A stretch of 64,000 nt of DNA. It comes from Clostridia bacterium. Lineage in GTDB: Bacteria > Bacillota > DAOUPZ01. The stretch is taken from positions 29,812 through 93,811 of the forward strand of contig DAOUPZ010000010.1 in NCBI GenBank assembly GCA_030625885.1, written 5' to 3'. Under the pieces are notes generated by a model. The model saw nothing but the letters and a program-made list of their open reading frames with translations. It was not told the origin of the DNA and searched no databases. The position numbers and the translations under genes are program-made. This document shows positions 29,483-40,702 of this stretch, piece by piece; the stretch's first letter is position 1, and every line of letters starts with the position of its first letter.

Positions 29483-31159
29483 ATGAGTGTTGAAGTTTTA
29501 ACTTTTGTCTTAATTTTAGTAACATTTGGGATTTATGCTTATATCGGATGGTGGGCGAAAGCAGTAGATACACAAAGCTTCTATGTAGCAGGTCATGGCA
29601 TTCCAACCACTGCCAATGGAGCAGCAATAGCTGCAGATTGGATGTCAGCAGCATCTTTTATATCAATGGCAGGGCTTATATCTTTCCTGGGATATGACGG
29701 GACCATTTATTTGATGGGATGGACGGGTGGGTATGTTCTGCTTACATTATTGCTTGCGCCATATTTGAGGAAATTTGGCAGATATACGGTTCCTGACTTT
29801 ATTGGAGATCGATTCTATTCTAATAAAGCGAGAGCAGTTGCAGCGATTGCCACAATATTTATTTCATTAACTTATGTGGCAGGGCAGATGCGTGGTGTCG
29901 GAATCGTTTTTAGTAGATATTTACAAGTGGATGTGAACGCAGGTGTTATCATTGGAATGGCCATTATTACTTTTTTTGCGGTGATTGGGGGCATGAAAGG
30001 GATCACATGGACACAGGTTGTACAGTATATCATTCTGATGATTGCGTTTTTAATACCTGCTATTGCGATTTCATTTAAACTGACAGGAATCCCTATTCCA
30101 CAAGCGGCACTTACATTTTCAGATATTGCCACTCGATTAGGGGTTGCTCAGATTGAGATGGGGTTAGGGGAGTATATCATTCCATTTCAGAACATTAGCA
30201 AATTAAATGTATTTATGATGACATTAGCATTAATGGTAGGGACAGCAGGGTTACCGCATGTGATTACTAGATTCTATACCGTAAAAACGGTAAGAGCAGC
30301 AAGATGGTCGGGTGTATGGACATTGATTTTTATATCTATTTTATATACGACAGCACCAGCACTTGGCGCATTTGCAAAGTTTAATCTTATAGATACATTA
30401 AACCAAAAACCGATTGAAGCAGTTAGACAAATTGAATGGGTGGAAAAATGGGAAAACACAGGACTGCTTTCATTTGAAGATAAAGATGGCGATGATAATT
30501 TGCAGTTTTCTTCATCACCTAAAACAAATGAGGTTTTCATTGATAGAGATATTATTGTATTAAGTACGCCAGAAGTGGCAAATTTAAATCCAATCATTAT
30601 TGCATTGTTATCAGTAGGGGGATTAGCAGCGGCTCTATCAACAGCAGCAGGATTGCTGTTAGCAATGTCTAGTGCAGTTTCTCATGATGTTTATTATCGA
30701 ATTCTAAAACCAAATGCAACAGAAAAAGAAAGATTATGTGTTGCAAGGATGATGATCTTTGTTTCGGTAATAGCAGCAGGTTATTTTGGTATTAATCCAC
30801 CGGGGTTTGTTGGAGAAGTTGTGGCATTTGCCTTTGGGTTGGCAGCAGCTAGTTTGTTTCCACAAATTTTCCTGGGGATATTTGATAAACGGAATAACCG
30901 GGAAGGTGCAACGGCAGGCATCATAGTCGGATTAGTATTTACATTGGTCATGATCACGCTTATGAAGTCCGTGCCATTATTAGGAACTAAATCCCCCATT
31001 ATATCAGATTTGTTTGGGATAAATGCACAGGGTGTCAGTATAATAGGTATGATTCTTAATTTCGGTGTATCGTATATTGTATCAAGAAATACGGCGGAAC
31101 CGCCTGTAGAGATCCAAGAGATGATTGAAAACATTAGAATACCGAAAGAGTATGCTTAA
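29483..31159 (+). CDS. Solute:sodium symporter family permease (ActP-like acetate or monocarboxylate permease).
   Basis: 13-14 TM SSS architecture. Genetic linkage to acs and DUF4212. Confidence 0.8.
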   Translation: MSVEVLTFVLILVTFGIYAYIGWWAKAVDTQSFYVAGHGIPTTANGAAIAADWMSAASFISMAGLISFLGYDGTIYLMGWTGGYVLLTLLLAPYLRKFGRYTVPDFIGDRFYSNKARAVAAIATIFISLTYVAGQMRGVGIVFSRYLQVDVNAGVIIGMAIITFFAVIGGMKGITWTQVVQYIILMIAFLIPAIAISFKLTGIPIPQAALTFSDIATRLGVAQIEMGLGEYIIPFQNISKLNVFMMTLALMVGTAGLPHVITRFYTVKTVRAARWSGVWTLIFISILYTTAPALGAFAKFNLIDTLNQKPIEAVRQIEWVEKWENTGLLSFEDKDGDDNLQFSSSPKTNEVFIDRDIIVLSTPEVANLNPIIIALLSVGGLAAALSTAAGLLLAMSSAVSHDVYYRILKPNATEKERLCVARMMIFVSVIAAGYFGINPPGFVGEVVAFAFGLAAASLFPQIFLGIFDKRNNREGATAGIIVGLVFTLVMITLMKSVPLLGTKSPIISDLFGINAQGVSIIGMILNFGVSYIVSRNTAEPPVEIQEMIENIRIPKEYA

Positions 31160-31315
31160 TTGTTTTGTTAAATTTTAAACTTTTTTCAATATATTACTCG
31201 TAAAAGAAGCTTCTTTGGTGTACGTTATACATAGTAACCAAATTTGAAGCTTCTTTTTGGGTTTATAGATTATTCAGATTTTGGTTATAATATGACGAGA
31301 AAAAAGGTGATAAAA

Positions 31316-32140
31316 ATGCATATCGGATGTCATTTAATGGTTTCTAAAGGATATGAAAACATGGGGAAAGTGGCATTAGAAATAGGTGCTAATGTATTTC
31401 AGTTTTTTACACGAAATCCGCGTGGAGGAAAGGCTAAAGCATTAGATCTGGAGGATGTTGAAAAATTACGAGTGCTAATGAAAGAAAATGATTTTGGTCC
31501 GCTGCTGGCGCATGCGCCTTATACAATGAACATGGCGTCCTATAAAGAAGATACTTGGGAATTTGCTAAAAGGACTTTAGCGGATGATTTAAAACGATTG
31601 GAAGACATTCCTTGTTCGTTATATACATTTCATCCGGGAAGTCACACCGGAAAAGGATATGATTACGGAATTGAAAGAATTGCAACAGGTTTAAATGAAG
31701 TGTTTACGGGCAATGAAAATACGCTGATTTTATTGGAGACGATGTCTGGCAAAGGAACGGAGATCGGGTATACCTTTGAGCAATTAAGAGCGATCATGGA
31801 TAAAGTAAAGTATTCCGAAATGTTGGGGGTAACGCTGGATACCTGCCATGTTTTTTCCGCGGGTTATGATATTGTTAATGATTTAGACAACGTTTTGGAA
31901 CAATTTGACAACATCATTGGGATAGATCAATTGAAAGCCATTCATCTGAATGATAGTATGAAAGAATTTAACAGCCGCAAGGATCGTCATGCGGGGATCG
32001 GCGAAGGTACCATTGGTCTTGAAGCCATTGTTAAAATTATCACTCACCCTCAGCTTAAGGATTTGCCTTTCTATTTAGAAACACCATATGATCCTGAAGG
32101 ACATCGAAAAGAAATGGAACTGTTGAAAACGTTTAGATAA
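31316..32140 (+). CDS. nfo: Endonuclease IV (AP endonuclease, TIM-barrel).
   Basis: HAPYTMNMAS, FHPGSH and LDTCH…HLND metal-ligand motifs of Nfo. Start taken at the MHIGCH Met with RBS AAGGTGA. Confidence 0.75.
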   Translation: MHIGCHLMVSKGYENMGKVALEIGANVFQFFTRNPRGGKAKALDLEDVEKLRVLMKENDFGPLLAHAPYTMNMASYKEDTWEFAKRTLADDLKRLEDIPCSLYTFHPGSHTGKGYDYGIERIATGLNEVFTGNENTLILLETMSGKGTEIGYTFEQLRAIMDKVKYSEMLGVTLDTCHVFSAGYDIVNDLDNVLEQFDNIIGIDQLKAIHLNDSMKEFNSRKDRHAGIGEGTIGLEAIVKIITHPQLKDLPFYLETPYDPEGHRKEMELLKTFR

Positions 32141-32221
32141 TTTTAGGATTTTTTAACCAAACAGGAATAAAAGAAAAGGGTGGTACTTTGTTTCGAACGA
32201 TATAAAGTACCATCCTTTGTT

Positions 32222-33295
32222 TTAAAGGTTATAAATTAACTCTGTTCGAGATGTTACGCCTGTTTTTGTAAAAATCCGCTTGATATAAGTTTTTACTGTG
32301 TTTTCACTGATAAAAAGAGCTTGGGATATTTCTTTGTTTGTTTTTCCTTCTACAATTAAGGTGATGACGTCCATCTCACGCTTCGTAAATTTAATGGCAT
32401 TATTTTTTTTCCAGTCAGCTTTGTGAGGATTATAGTGCATATTGATAATGATAAGACAATGTGGTCTATGATTAATATTTTCATCTTCTAAGATTATGAT
32501 TTTAAAATGAGCTTTTCCATCTTTGAAGTTTAGAGAACCTGTTTCAAAATATGGACCGGAAACGGAACGATTCTTATGTTCAGTGATAAGATGGCAGCAG
32601 ATTTCTTTTAGATAGCTGTAAACGTTTTGGCCTGTTACAAGTTGAAGGGTTAATATGTTCTCAGCCAAAGGGTTGGAGCCCGTTATTTTACCATTGCTGT
32701 CGACTAAACAAAGCCCTGTTTTTTTATAACCGTTAGTATAACGCATGGTTTCCAAGGGGGAATGGTTGTTAAGTAAAGAAGCGTTATGAAAAGCATTGTT
32801 GATATGACCGTGTAATAATCTTAATATATCCATTTCTCTGTCACTAAAGTCTGGAGAATTTGCGCTGCGATGCAGAGATATTTCCCCTATTAAACGGTTG
32901 TCATTTAATATTTGTAGACAAGCAAGGTGATGCATTCCATGCGGGAGCAGGAAATCGGCGCGATGTTCATTTTTTGCCCATTTTTTGTAATCCATATAAT
33001 CAGAACTACGGTCTATGATCGGAATAGAATTGCCGGAAAATACAGCTTTTTTGTATTCGTCTTTATCTTCATAATATAATTTGTACTGATGAAAAAGACT
33101 TGCATTCAGGTTAAGAATAAAGGGTTCTGAAAAGCAAAAGGTTTCCGGGTCAGCCGTGAAGAAAGCCCCACTATCGTAGGGAATAAGATGCGAAAGATGA
33201 TTCATGATCAGTGGACGAATTTCTTCCACAACAGTGCTTTGATAAAGCTTTTTAATCATGGTGTCGTAAACTTTAAATTCATCCCAGCGAAGCAT
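32222..33295 (-). CDS. LuxR-family transcriptional regulator with N-terminal sensory domains.
   Basis: C-terminal EISQALFISENTVKTYIKRIFTKTGV helix-turn-helix. Confidence 0.7.
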   Translation of the reverse strand: MLRWDEFKVYDTMIKKLYQSTVVEEIRPLIMNHLSHLIPYDSGAFFTADPETFCFSEPFILNLNASLFHQYKLYYEDKDEYKKAVFSGNSIPIIDRSSDYMDYKKWAKNEHRADFLLPHGMHHLACLQILNDNRLIGEISLHRSANSPDFSDREMDILRLLHGHINNAFHNASLLNNHSPLETMRYTNGYKKTGLCLVDSNGKITGSNPLAENILTLQLVTGQNVYSYLKEICCHLITEHKNRSVSGPYFETGSLNFKDGKAHFKIIILEDENINHRPHCLIIINMHYNPHKADWKKNNAIKFTKREMDVITLIVEGKTNKEISQALFISENTVKTYIKRIFTKTGVTSRTELIYNL

Positions 33296-33443
33296 TTTTT
33301 TCCCTCCTTTTGCTTAAAGGATTTTTAACCGTAACGAAGAATTTACATAATAACAGTTAATATTACTTATTTCGACATAAGTCAAAGGTGTTCCTTTTTG
33401 AAGAAGTGGAAAATATTATAAGTGAGTAGAGGGATTAAATGAT

Positions 33444-34685
33444 ATGAAGATTGAAACCTATGGACTACAGCCTGTTCCCGAAATCGAGAGAAAATCCAAC
33501 TGGTTTGATTTATTTGTCATTTGGGGAGGCGTAAGCTTTTGTCTGCCATCTTTTATCGTTGGGGCGTTGCTTATTCCTACATTTTCTTGGGGTGAGGCTG
33601 TTCTTATTAATTTTATAGGGAACCTGGCAGTGGGGATACTCATTGTGCTAGGCGGTTACTACGGAACGAAAACAGGCTATCCCGCTGTCATTTTTGGACG
33701 CTATGTATTTGGTTATCCGATTGGGCAATGGCTGCCTACCATTTCTTTACTCTTTTCAACACTAGGCTGGTATGCTGTTATGACAGCATTGACAGGCCAA
33801 ATGTTAAACGTGACGCTTGAAAAATTTGTGGGTTTTTCCAATTTAACACTCGTAACGATCATAGTGGGTGTTTTGAATGCTTTTACGGCTGTGTTTGGGT
33901 ATCAAAAGATTCGGTGGTTTAGTAAGCTGTCATTTCCTATACTCAGCTTTTTTTGTATTATTATAACCATAAAAATAGCTTCCTTTGGCCCCGTATCCAT
34001 GGCGCTTGACTATCAACCCACTCGGCTGCTTACTTATGGAGAAGGGATAGACATCATAATTGGCAGCTTTATTTCAGGGGCATTTGCGGCCTCAGACTTT
34101 TCCCGATATGCAAAGAGTAATAGGCATAATTGGGTGGGGACATTATCGGGCACATTTTTTGTCTCATTTATACTGGGACATTTAGGAATGATATCTATGA
34201 TCGTGACGGGAAATTCCAATCCTTTGCTTATGATACAAGATATGGGAATGGGCATACCAGTACTCATCTTTGTCCTGCTGGCAAATTGGACAACCAACGA
34301 TAATATGCTCTATTCTTCCGGGTTGGCGATGACAAATGTGTTACCTTCGTTTGACCGTTGGAAAAGTACACTTCTGTGTGGTGGACTTGGAACAGTACTA
34401 GCTGTACTTGGTGTGACTCATTTTGTTAAATCATGGTTAATGATGATGGCATGTATTTTTTCACCACTTCTCGGGGTGGTGTTATCAGAATTTTTTATTA
34501 TAAAAAGAGGCGCTGTTCATACTTCAATTAATGTGGAAGCTGTGATTGCTGTAGGAGGAGGAATTTTTTTAGCAAAAATTACGCCGCCGCAGTACATGGC
34601 TTCAGTAGTAGGATTATTGGCAAGCGGCTTAATTTATATTGGAGCAGTGAGATTGAATAAAAAAACGACAAAGGGAGCCTCTTAA
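33444..34685 (+). CDS. NCS1-family permease (cytosine/purine/uracil type, CodB-like).
   Basis: LQPVPEIERKSNWFDLFVIWGG N-terminus and 12-TM layout. Confidence 0.7.
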   Translation: MKIETYGLQPVPEIERKSNWFDLFVIWGGVSFCLPSFIVGALLIPTFSWGEAVLINFIGNLAVGILIVLGGYYGTKTGYPAVIFGRYVFGYPIGQWLPTISLLFSTLGWYAVMTALTGQMLNVTLEKFVGFSNLTLVTIIVGVLNAFTAVFGYQKIRWFSKLSFPILSFFCIIITIKIASFGPVSMALDYQPTRLLTYGEGIDIIIGSFISGAFAASDFSRYAKSNRHNWVGTLSGTFFVSFILGHLGMISMIVTGNSNPLLMIQDMGMGIPVLIFVLLANWTTNDNMLYSSGLAMTNVLPSFDRWKSTLLCGGLGTVLAVLGVTHFVKSWLMMMACIFSPLLGVVLSEFFIIKRGAVHTSINVEAVIAVGGGIFLAKITPPQYMASVVGLLASGLIYIGAVRLNKKTTKGAS

Positions 34686-34707
34686 GAGGCTCCCTTTGTC
34701 GTTTTTT
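34667..34707. terminator. Bidirectional terminator between the convergent permease and glnA.
   Basis: GACAAAGGGAGCCTCTTAAGAGGCTCCCTTTGTC followed by TTTTTTT. Confidence 0.7.
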
Positions 34708-34729
34708 TATTGCGTTACATATAGATATT

Positions 34730-36169
34730 CTATAAGTCGTAATACAACCCAAATTCTGCTGGGTGAGGAATTTGATTTAGTTCGGCAACCTCTTTGCGTT
34801 TTTTCTCAATCCAGATCTCAATTAAACGTTCAGGGAAGACGTTACCTTTTAGTAAGAAATCATGATCAGCTTCAAGGGCTTCTAAAGCTTCATCCAGTGA
34901 TTTGGGTAATGATTTTAATTTGGCTTGTTCATCTTCAGAAAGATGATATAAATTGTAATCATAGGGGCCAAATCCCATTTCAACTGGATCCATTTTTTTA
35001 TCAATACCGTCCAAACCAGCCATTAGGATGGCTGCATAAGCATAATATGGATTGCAGGTTGCATCTGGACATCTCATTTCAAAACGTTTTTTATCCGGTG
35101 CTTTGGCGTAAGCAGGGATACGGATAACAGCACTGCGATTAGCAGTCGCAAAACCGATCGTTACGGGTGCTTCATAACCGGGAACCAGACGTTTAAAGGA
35201 ATTTGTACTTGGGTTTGTGAGTGCACACAGGGCAGGTGCGTGTTTTAACATGCCGCCAATAAAATAAAGCGCGGTTTGGCTGAGACCGGAATAACCTTTT
35301 TCGTCATAGAAAACAGGCTGACCTTCTTTAAAGAGGTGCATATGGACATGCATTCCATTACCAGCTTCCGCAAATAAAGGCTTAGGCATAAAGGTTGCGC
35401 TTTTTCCAGAAGCGAAAGCCGCATTTTTAACAATGTGTTTAATGAGCATGGTTTTATCAGCCATTTCACGCATGGGGCCGAATTCTACTTCGATTTCTAC
35501 CTGACCCGGGCCGCCTACTTCATGATGATGGTATTTAACTGGAATATCGCGTTCTTCCATGAGCATACACATCTGGCTCCGCAGATCATAGAGGATATCC
35601 ATCGGGGGAGCAATATGATATCCGGCCTTATTTGGAATCTTGTAGCCTAAATTCTGAAATTCTTGCTCACTACTATTCCATTCTGCTTGTTCAGCGTCAA
35701 TTTTAAATCCGGTAGAATTTGGTTTGACTTCATAACTGATGTGATCAAAAACATGAAATTCAAATTCTGGACCAATTCTCATTTCATCTGCGATACCAGT
35801 AGATTTCATATATTCTTCCGCATGGTATGCGACATTACGAGGGTCTTGCTCAAAACGACGATTGGGATTTCCAATAACAAAAACATCGCCAATCATAGAA
35901 AGGGTAGGAACTTCAACAAAGGGATCTAAACAGGCTGTAGTGATATCGGGAATAAAAACCATATCACTTTTCTCTACTGGTGCAAAACCATAATTGGAGC
36001 CATCGAAGCCAATACCATTTTCCATGGTATCTTCATTAAATCGGCCAACTGGAATACTTAGATGACGCCATCTGCCAAAGAGATCGATCATTTTGAAGTC
36101 TACCATCTGGATATTTTGTTCTTTACAATACTTTTTTACCTCATCAAGCGTTTTGAACATTTCTTTCAC
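34730..36169 (-). CDS. glnA: Glutamine synthetase.
   Basis: GNGMHVHMHL and NPST…FKRLVPGYEAP catalytic-domain motifs. Confidence 0.85.
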   Translation of the reverse strand: MKEMFKTLDEVKKYCKEQNIQMVDFKMIDLFGRWRHLSIPVGRFNEDTMENGIGFDGSNYGFAPVEKSDMVFIPDITTACLDPFVEVPTLSMIGDVFVIGNPNRRFEQDPRNVAYHAEEYMKSTGIADEMRIGPEFEFHVFDHISYEVKPNSTGFKIDAEQAEWNSSEQEFQNLGYKIPNKAGYHIAPPMDILYDLRSQMCMLMEERDIPVKYHHHEVGGPGQVEIEVEFGPMREMADKTMLIKHIVKNAAFASGKSATFMPKPLFAEAGNGMHVHMHLFKEGQPVFYDEKGYSGLSQTALYFIGGMLKHAPALCALTNPSTNSFKRLVPGYEAPVTIGFATANRSAVIRIPAYAKAPDKKRFEMRCPDATCNPYYAYAAILMAGLDGIDKKMDPVEMGFGPYDYNLYHLSEDEQAKLKSLPKSLDEALEALEADHDFLLKGNVFPERLIEIWIEKKRKEVAELNQIPHPAEFGLYYDL

Positions 36170-36480
36170 TCTCCTCTAATAGATTGTTGGTAACGGATAA
36201 TTCATGATGCTTGTTACCTATCATTGGAACATTTGTACATATTAATACAAATATAGTAGAATTATAACATAATTACATTATGAAGGAACATTTTATAATA
36301 AATTTCTACTAATTTTACGTTAATTTCTTTAATATATTCAGGTGATATTTACGTAATCGGAATATTGTTAATAAATGTAAATTATTTATTACATTATCTA
36401 TAATTATAATTACATAACAGAAGCCTGGATGACACATATCAAAAAAATGTATCATCCAGGCTTCTGTATTTAATATTATC

Positions 36481-38229
36481 TTATTCTTGTGGATTCACAA
36501 GAATGTTCTTATGATGGTCATAGAGGACGAATCCCGGTTTAGCCCCTTTAGGCTTACGCACGTATTTGCGTAACGTATAGTCAACGGGTACTTTGGTATC
36601 ATGTTTGGCTTTACTATGGCGTGCGGCCAAAATGGCAGCTTCTTTGATGGTGGAATAGGGAACCTCTTTTCCATGGGGAATTTTGATAATAACATGAGAA
36701 CCAGGGATATCTTTTGTATGGAACCATAAATCATGAGGTTCTGCCAATTTAAACGTTAACATATCGTTTTGACGGTTATTTTTTCCTACATATATATCCC
36801 AATCGTTTTCAGATCGGATATGCAACGGGGGACTGGGTTTACTTAATTTTTCTGTATTCTTTTTATTTTTAGAAGAAACTTTTTTGATATAATTTCCTTT
36901 TATTAATTCTCTTTTAATCTCTGCTAATTCTTCTAAAGATTGAACGCCTTCAATATTGACTAATATACCATCTAAATAATCTATTTCTGATTTGGTTTCG
37001 GACATTAACTTTTCAGTTGCTGTAAGCGTATTTTTAGCTTTTGCGTAGCAGGCGAAATAACGTTGGGCATTTTCAATAGGTGATAGATTAGGATTCATGG
37101 CGATCGATATTTTCTTTTGTTGTGGATCATGGTAATCAATGACTTCAATGGATTCCAAACCCGTACTAATTTGATAAAGATTAGCGGTAATTAATTCGCC
37201 TAGTTTTTGGGTACTCAAATCTTGTTGTGCATGATTGAAAGCCTCTTCTTGTAATGTGTATTTTTTTACAAAACGGTTAAAGTGTTGCCTTACAATCTTT
37301 TCAATGGGGTGTTTAGCGCCTTGTAATTTTACAATCTGCTGTTTTTCATAGAAAAAATAATCTGTTGCCTGATTCATGCTAGGAAAGGAGCGGCTTTCAA
37401 GTCCTTCATATTGTTCTAAAGGAAAAGGGGAAAAGAATTTGGGTGCGCCTCGATCCATTACTATAATCGGTTCAAAATTTTTGTGATGTGCTTTTTGGGT
37501 GAAACCTTGTAAAACTTCCCACAAAGATGAAATATCTTGGCGACTCCAATTTTGTGATGAAGGTGAAAGATGGGCGCGATAAATGGCTTCCTTGATGAGT
37601 TGCGGGCTCATTCCTGCTACATGCTCTAAAAACACTTTCCATAATGCTTTAGGAGATTGAATATTAAAAAATATTTCCGTAAAAGTATTTTCCGATAGTA
37701 AAAAGGGATTGAATTTATTTTGCTCTGGCGGTGTTTCGTAGGGAATACCTGGAAGCACCTCGCGACGTCGACTGATGGCAGTCGTAATATATTTCATGCA
37801 TCCTAAAATATTTTTATTTTCTTTGTCAATCAGTATCAAATTACTATGCCGTCCCATTATTTCTAAAATAAGCTCATAAGAGCGTAGATCACCTACTTCA
37901 TCATTGTTTTCAATGTGAATGATAACCACCCGTTCAATACCGGGTTGAGAAACACCCGTTATTTTTCCATGGGATAAATATTTGCGCAACAGCATACAGA
38001 ACATAGGCGCTGTTTGCGGGTTAATATACCGATGTTGGGTTGAATGAATACGGGAGGATTCGGGGTTTGCAGATAATAGCAGTGAAAATTTCTCTTTGTT
38101 AGAACGCATTTGTAAAATAACTTCATATTTATGAGGTTGATGTATTTTATCAATGCGAATGTGGGTCAGTTGATTGTTTAATTCATCGACTAGTGCCATA
38201 ATGGCAAAACCGTCAAGGGACATAGGCAA
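36481..38229 (-). CDS. rqcH: RqcH/FbpA (NFACT-family ribosome quality control protein).
   Basis: MPMSLDGFAIMALVDELN N-terminus, coiled-coil middle region, C-terminal DUF814/NFACT-R with DIPGSHVI. Confidence 0.8.
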   Translation of the reverse strand: MPMSLDGFAIMALVDELNNQLTHIRIDKIHQPHKYEVILQMRSNKEKFSLLLSANPESSRIHSTQHRYINPQTAPMFCMLLRKYLSHGKITGVSQPGIERVVIIHIENNDEVGDLRSYELILEIMGRHSNLILIDKENKNILGCMKYITTAISRRREVLPGIPYETPPEQNKFNPFLLSENTFTEIFFNIQSPKALWKVFLEHVAGMSPQLIKEAIYRAHLSPSSQNWSRQDISSLWEVLQGFTQKAHHKNFEPIIVMDRGAPKFFSPFPLEQYEGLESRSFPSMNQATDYFFYEKQQIVKLQGAKHPIEKIVRQHFNRFVKKYTLQEEAFNHAQQDLSTQKLGELITANLYQISTGLESIEVIDYHDPQQKKISIAMNPNLSPIENAQRYFACYAKAKNTLTATEKLMSETKSEIDYLDGILVNIEGVQSLEELAEIKRELIKGNYIKKVSSKNKKNTEKLSKPSPPLHIRSENDWDIYVGKNNRQNDMLTFKLAEPHDLWFHTKDIPGSHVIIKIPHGKEVPYSTIKEAAILAARHSKAKHDTKVPVDYTLRKYVRKPKGAKPGFVLYDHHKNILVNPQE

Positions 38230-38329
38230 ACACTCCTATTCTGAAATTTAAAATGGAAAATTGAAAATGTAAAATAAAAGGAATAAAAGATAATGAAGTT
38301 TTATTATTTATTCTATATTCTATATTAGA

Positions 38330-38500
38330 AAGTATAACTTTTGATGTGAAAGTTTGTACTTAGACGGTTATGCTTCCAGTCAATTTATAACTTCTATCTT
38401 CTAGCATGACCATGTCCAAGTGGGTTTAATTTTTTTCTACCTGCTACCTGCTGGTTGCTACCTGCCCAAAAACGGTGAAAGCCGTTTTTCGCATTTCTAA
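38330..38500. repeat. Copy of a dispersed ~150-bp intergenic repeat family (includes a CTACCTG heptamer run).
   Basis: TTAGACGGTTATGCTTCCAG…AGCATGACCATGTCCAA…TTTTTTTCTACCTGCTACCTGCTGGTTGCTACCTGCC aligns with 57230-57440 and partly with 61380-61620. Confidence 0.6.
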
Positions 38501-38699
38501 TTCAGTATACAGTCCTATAATTAATACGTCAATCTAACGCTAGTTTTTCCATTTTTTTTGTTTTAATTTTTAATTTACTATTATTAATTTTTAATTTCAT
38601 TGACAAGACTTTTTCCACTATAATATAATAAGGTTTAATTGGTAATAATAAGGTGAAAAACGGCGCAATTTTTAAAAATCGAGAGGGAGGTTAAGAAAA

Positions 38700-39542
38700 T
38701 TGAAGTTTGCTAAGATTCATGGACTAGGAAATGATTTTGTTATTGTTGACCATAAAGAATTGCCTCATGATGATTATAAAACATTAGCTATAAAAGTATG
38801 TGACCGTCATTTTGGTATCGGTGCGGATGGTCTTATTTTAGTGTTTCCTTCTGAAATAGCTGATTTTAAGATGAGAATTTTTAATGTGGATGGCAGTGAA
38901 GCAGAGATGTGTGGTAATGGTATTCGCTGTTTTGCCAAATATCTTTATGAACATGATTTGACTCATGAAAAGAAGATTACGATAGAAACCCTTGCGGGTA
39001 TAATCATTCCTCATTTAGTGATTAATAATGGTAAAGTGGATCAGGTTCGAGTAGATATGGGGGAACCCCGCTTAAAGCGGAGCGAAATTCCAGCAACAGG
39101 AAATGAAGAGCGTGTGGTTGACGAGCCTTTGGATGTGAAAGGACAAATATATCGTATTACAGGTGTATCCATGGGAAATCCTCATTGTATTACCTTTGTT
39201 GATCATGTAGATGATATTGTTTTAGACGTTATAGGTCCTATGATAGAAAGTCATCCTCTTTTTCCTCAGAAAACGAACGTAGAGTTCATTGAGGTAGTGG
39301 ATAGAAATGAAATTAAAATGCGAGTTTGGGAACGGGGCAGCGGGATTACGTTAGCTTGTGGTACAGGTGCTTGCGCCTCGGTTGTTGCATGTGCATTAAA
39401 TAATAAAACTGAGCGTAAGGTTAAGGTACATTTGCCGGGTGGTGATTTATTGATCGAATGGGCTGAAAACAATCATGTTTATATGACAGGTTCTGCAACG
39501 GAAGTTTTTGTAGGCGAGATGGAAGAAGTTCATAATTCATAA
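38700..39542 (+). CDS. dapF: Diaminopimelate epimerase (TTG start).
   Basis: [17 protein letters not shown], and the two catalytic Cys motifs ([17 protein letters not shown]). Confidence 0.85.
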   Translation: MKFAKIHGLGNDFVIVDHKELPHDDYKTLAIKVCDRHFGIGADGLILVFPSEIADFKMRIFNVDGSEAEMCGNGIRCFAKYLYEHDLTHEKKITIETLAGIIIPHLVINNGKVDQVRVDMGEPRLKRSEIPATGNEERVVDEPLDVKGQIYRITGVSMGNPHCITFVDHVDDIVLDVIGPMIESHPLFPQKTNVEFIEVVDRNEIKMRVWERGSGITLACGTGACASVVACALNNKTERKVKVHLPGGDLLIEWAENNHVYMTGSATEVFVGEMEEVHNS

Positions 39543-39727
39543 TTAATAATTTACAATAAAAAACAAAAGATTATGAAGAGCAGGCAGCCAACGGAATATA
39601 ATTGACAACTGACGATTAATAATAATTTATAAAGGATAAAAACAATTTTAAAAATATATTTTTATCTAGAGTTTGCTACAAGAAATGGGTTAGAATTAGC
39701 TAAATGCTATTAATAGGAGCTGATGAC

Positions 39728-40606
39728 ATGGTTAAAAGCATGACAGGATATGGACGTGGAGAGAGTTATGGAGCAGGGTATCATATGACTGTAGAGATGC
39801 GTTCTGTTAATCATCGCTATAGTGAAACTGCGATACGACTTCCCAAGCAGTATGCGATGTTTGAAGATCCAATAAGACAGGATATTCTTTCTAAAGTGAA
39901 ACGGGGACGCATAGATGTATACTTTACCTTTGAGGAAAATGAATCTCGCCATAAACAGATTTTTGTTGATCAGGAGCTTGCACAGAAATATTACCATGCG
40001 TTGAAAGATTTGGCAGAATCCTGCCATTTTCGAGATGATTTAGGCGTTAGCTTATTGACACATATTCCTGAATTAGTTCGTATCGAGGATGCTGGTACAG
40101 ATCCAGAAGAATTATGGCCCTATCTGGAGGAAGCTTTGCAAAGTGCTTTAAAAGCGCTTGTGGTTATGAGAGAAAAAGAAGGCAATAAATTATGGGAAGA
40201 TATTGAAGGTCGTTTGCAATACATTAGTAACCTTATTTCTCAAATTGAAACGCGTGCACCTAAAGTTGTCGATGAACATGCAGAAAAATTAGAACAACGT
40301 ATTAATGATATTGCAGCGGGTGTTCAAATTGAAGAAAATCGGTTGGCAATGGAAGTCGCTTTTTTTGCTGATAAAAGTAATATTACAGAAGAGATTGTAC
40401 GCTTTAAAAGTCACGTCGTGCAATTTTACGATACCATGAAAGTGACGGATAGTATTGGTAGAAAGTTAGATTTCTTAGTGCAAGAAATGAATCGAGAAAT
40501 TAATACAATTGGTTCTAAAGCCAATGATTTAGAGATTACCCGCAATGTAGTAGAAGTTAAGAGTGAAATGGAAAAAATAAGAGAACAAGTGCAAAATCTA
40601 GAGTAA
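39728..40606 (+). CDS. YicC-family protein.
   Basis: MVKSMTGYGRGE N-terminus and C-terminal DUF1732-type region. Conserved position upstream of remA and gmk. Confidence 0.8.
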   Translation: MVKSMTGYGRGESYGAGYHMTVEMRSVNHRYSETAIRLPKQYAMFEDPIRQDILSKVKRGRIDVYFTFEENESRHKQIFVDQELAQKYYHALKDLAESCHFRDDLGVSLLTHIPELVRIEDAGTDPEELWPYLEEALQSALKALVVMREKEGNKLWEDIEGRLQYISNLISQIETRAPKVVDEHAEKLEQRINDIAAGVQIEENRLAMEVAFFADKSNITEEIVRFKSHVVQFYDTMKVTDSIGRKLDFLVQEMNREINTIGSKANDLEITRNVVEVKSEMEKIREQVQNLE

Positions 40607-40702
40607 AATGCTGTATACTATGGATGGAGTAGAAAGCGTGAACAAGAAGATTTACTTGTCGTTGCTAGAGTTATACATTAACATAGTGGGAGGTTAAGTT
40701 AC

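Noticed and set aside
34696-35929. Plus-strand ORFs 34696-35127, 35435-35650, 35663-35929
   Set aside because: They are antisense to the well-supported glnA gene and treated as spurious.
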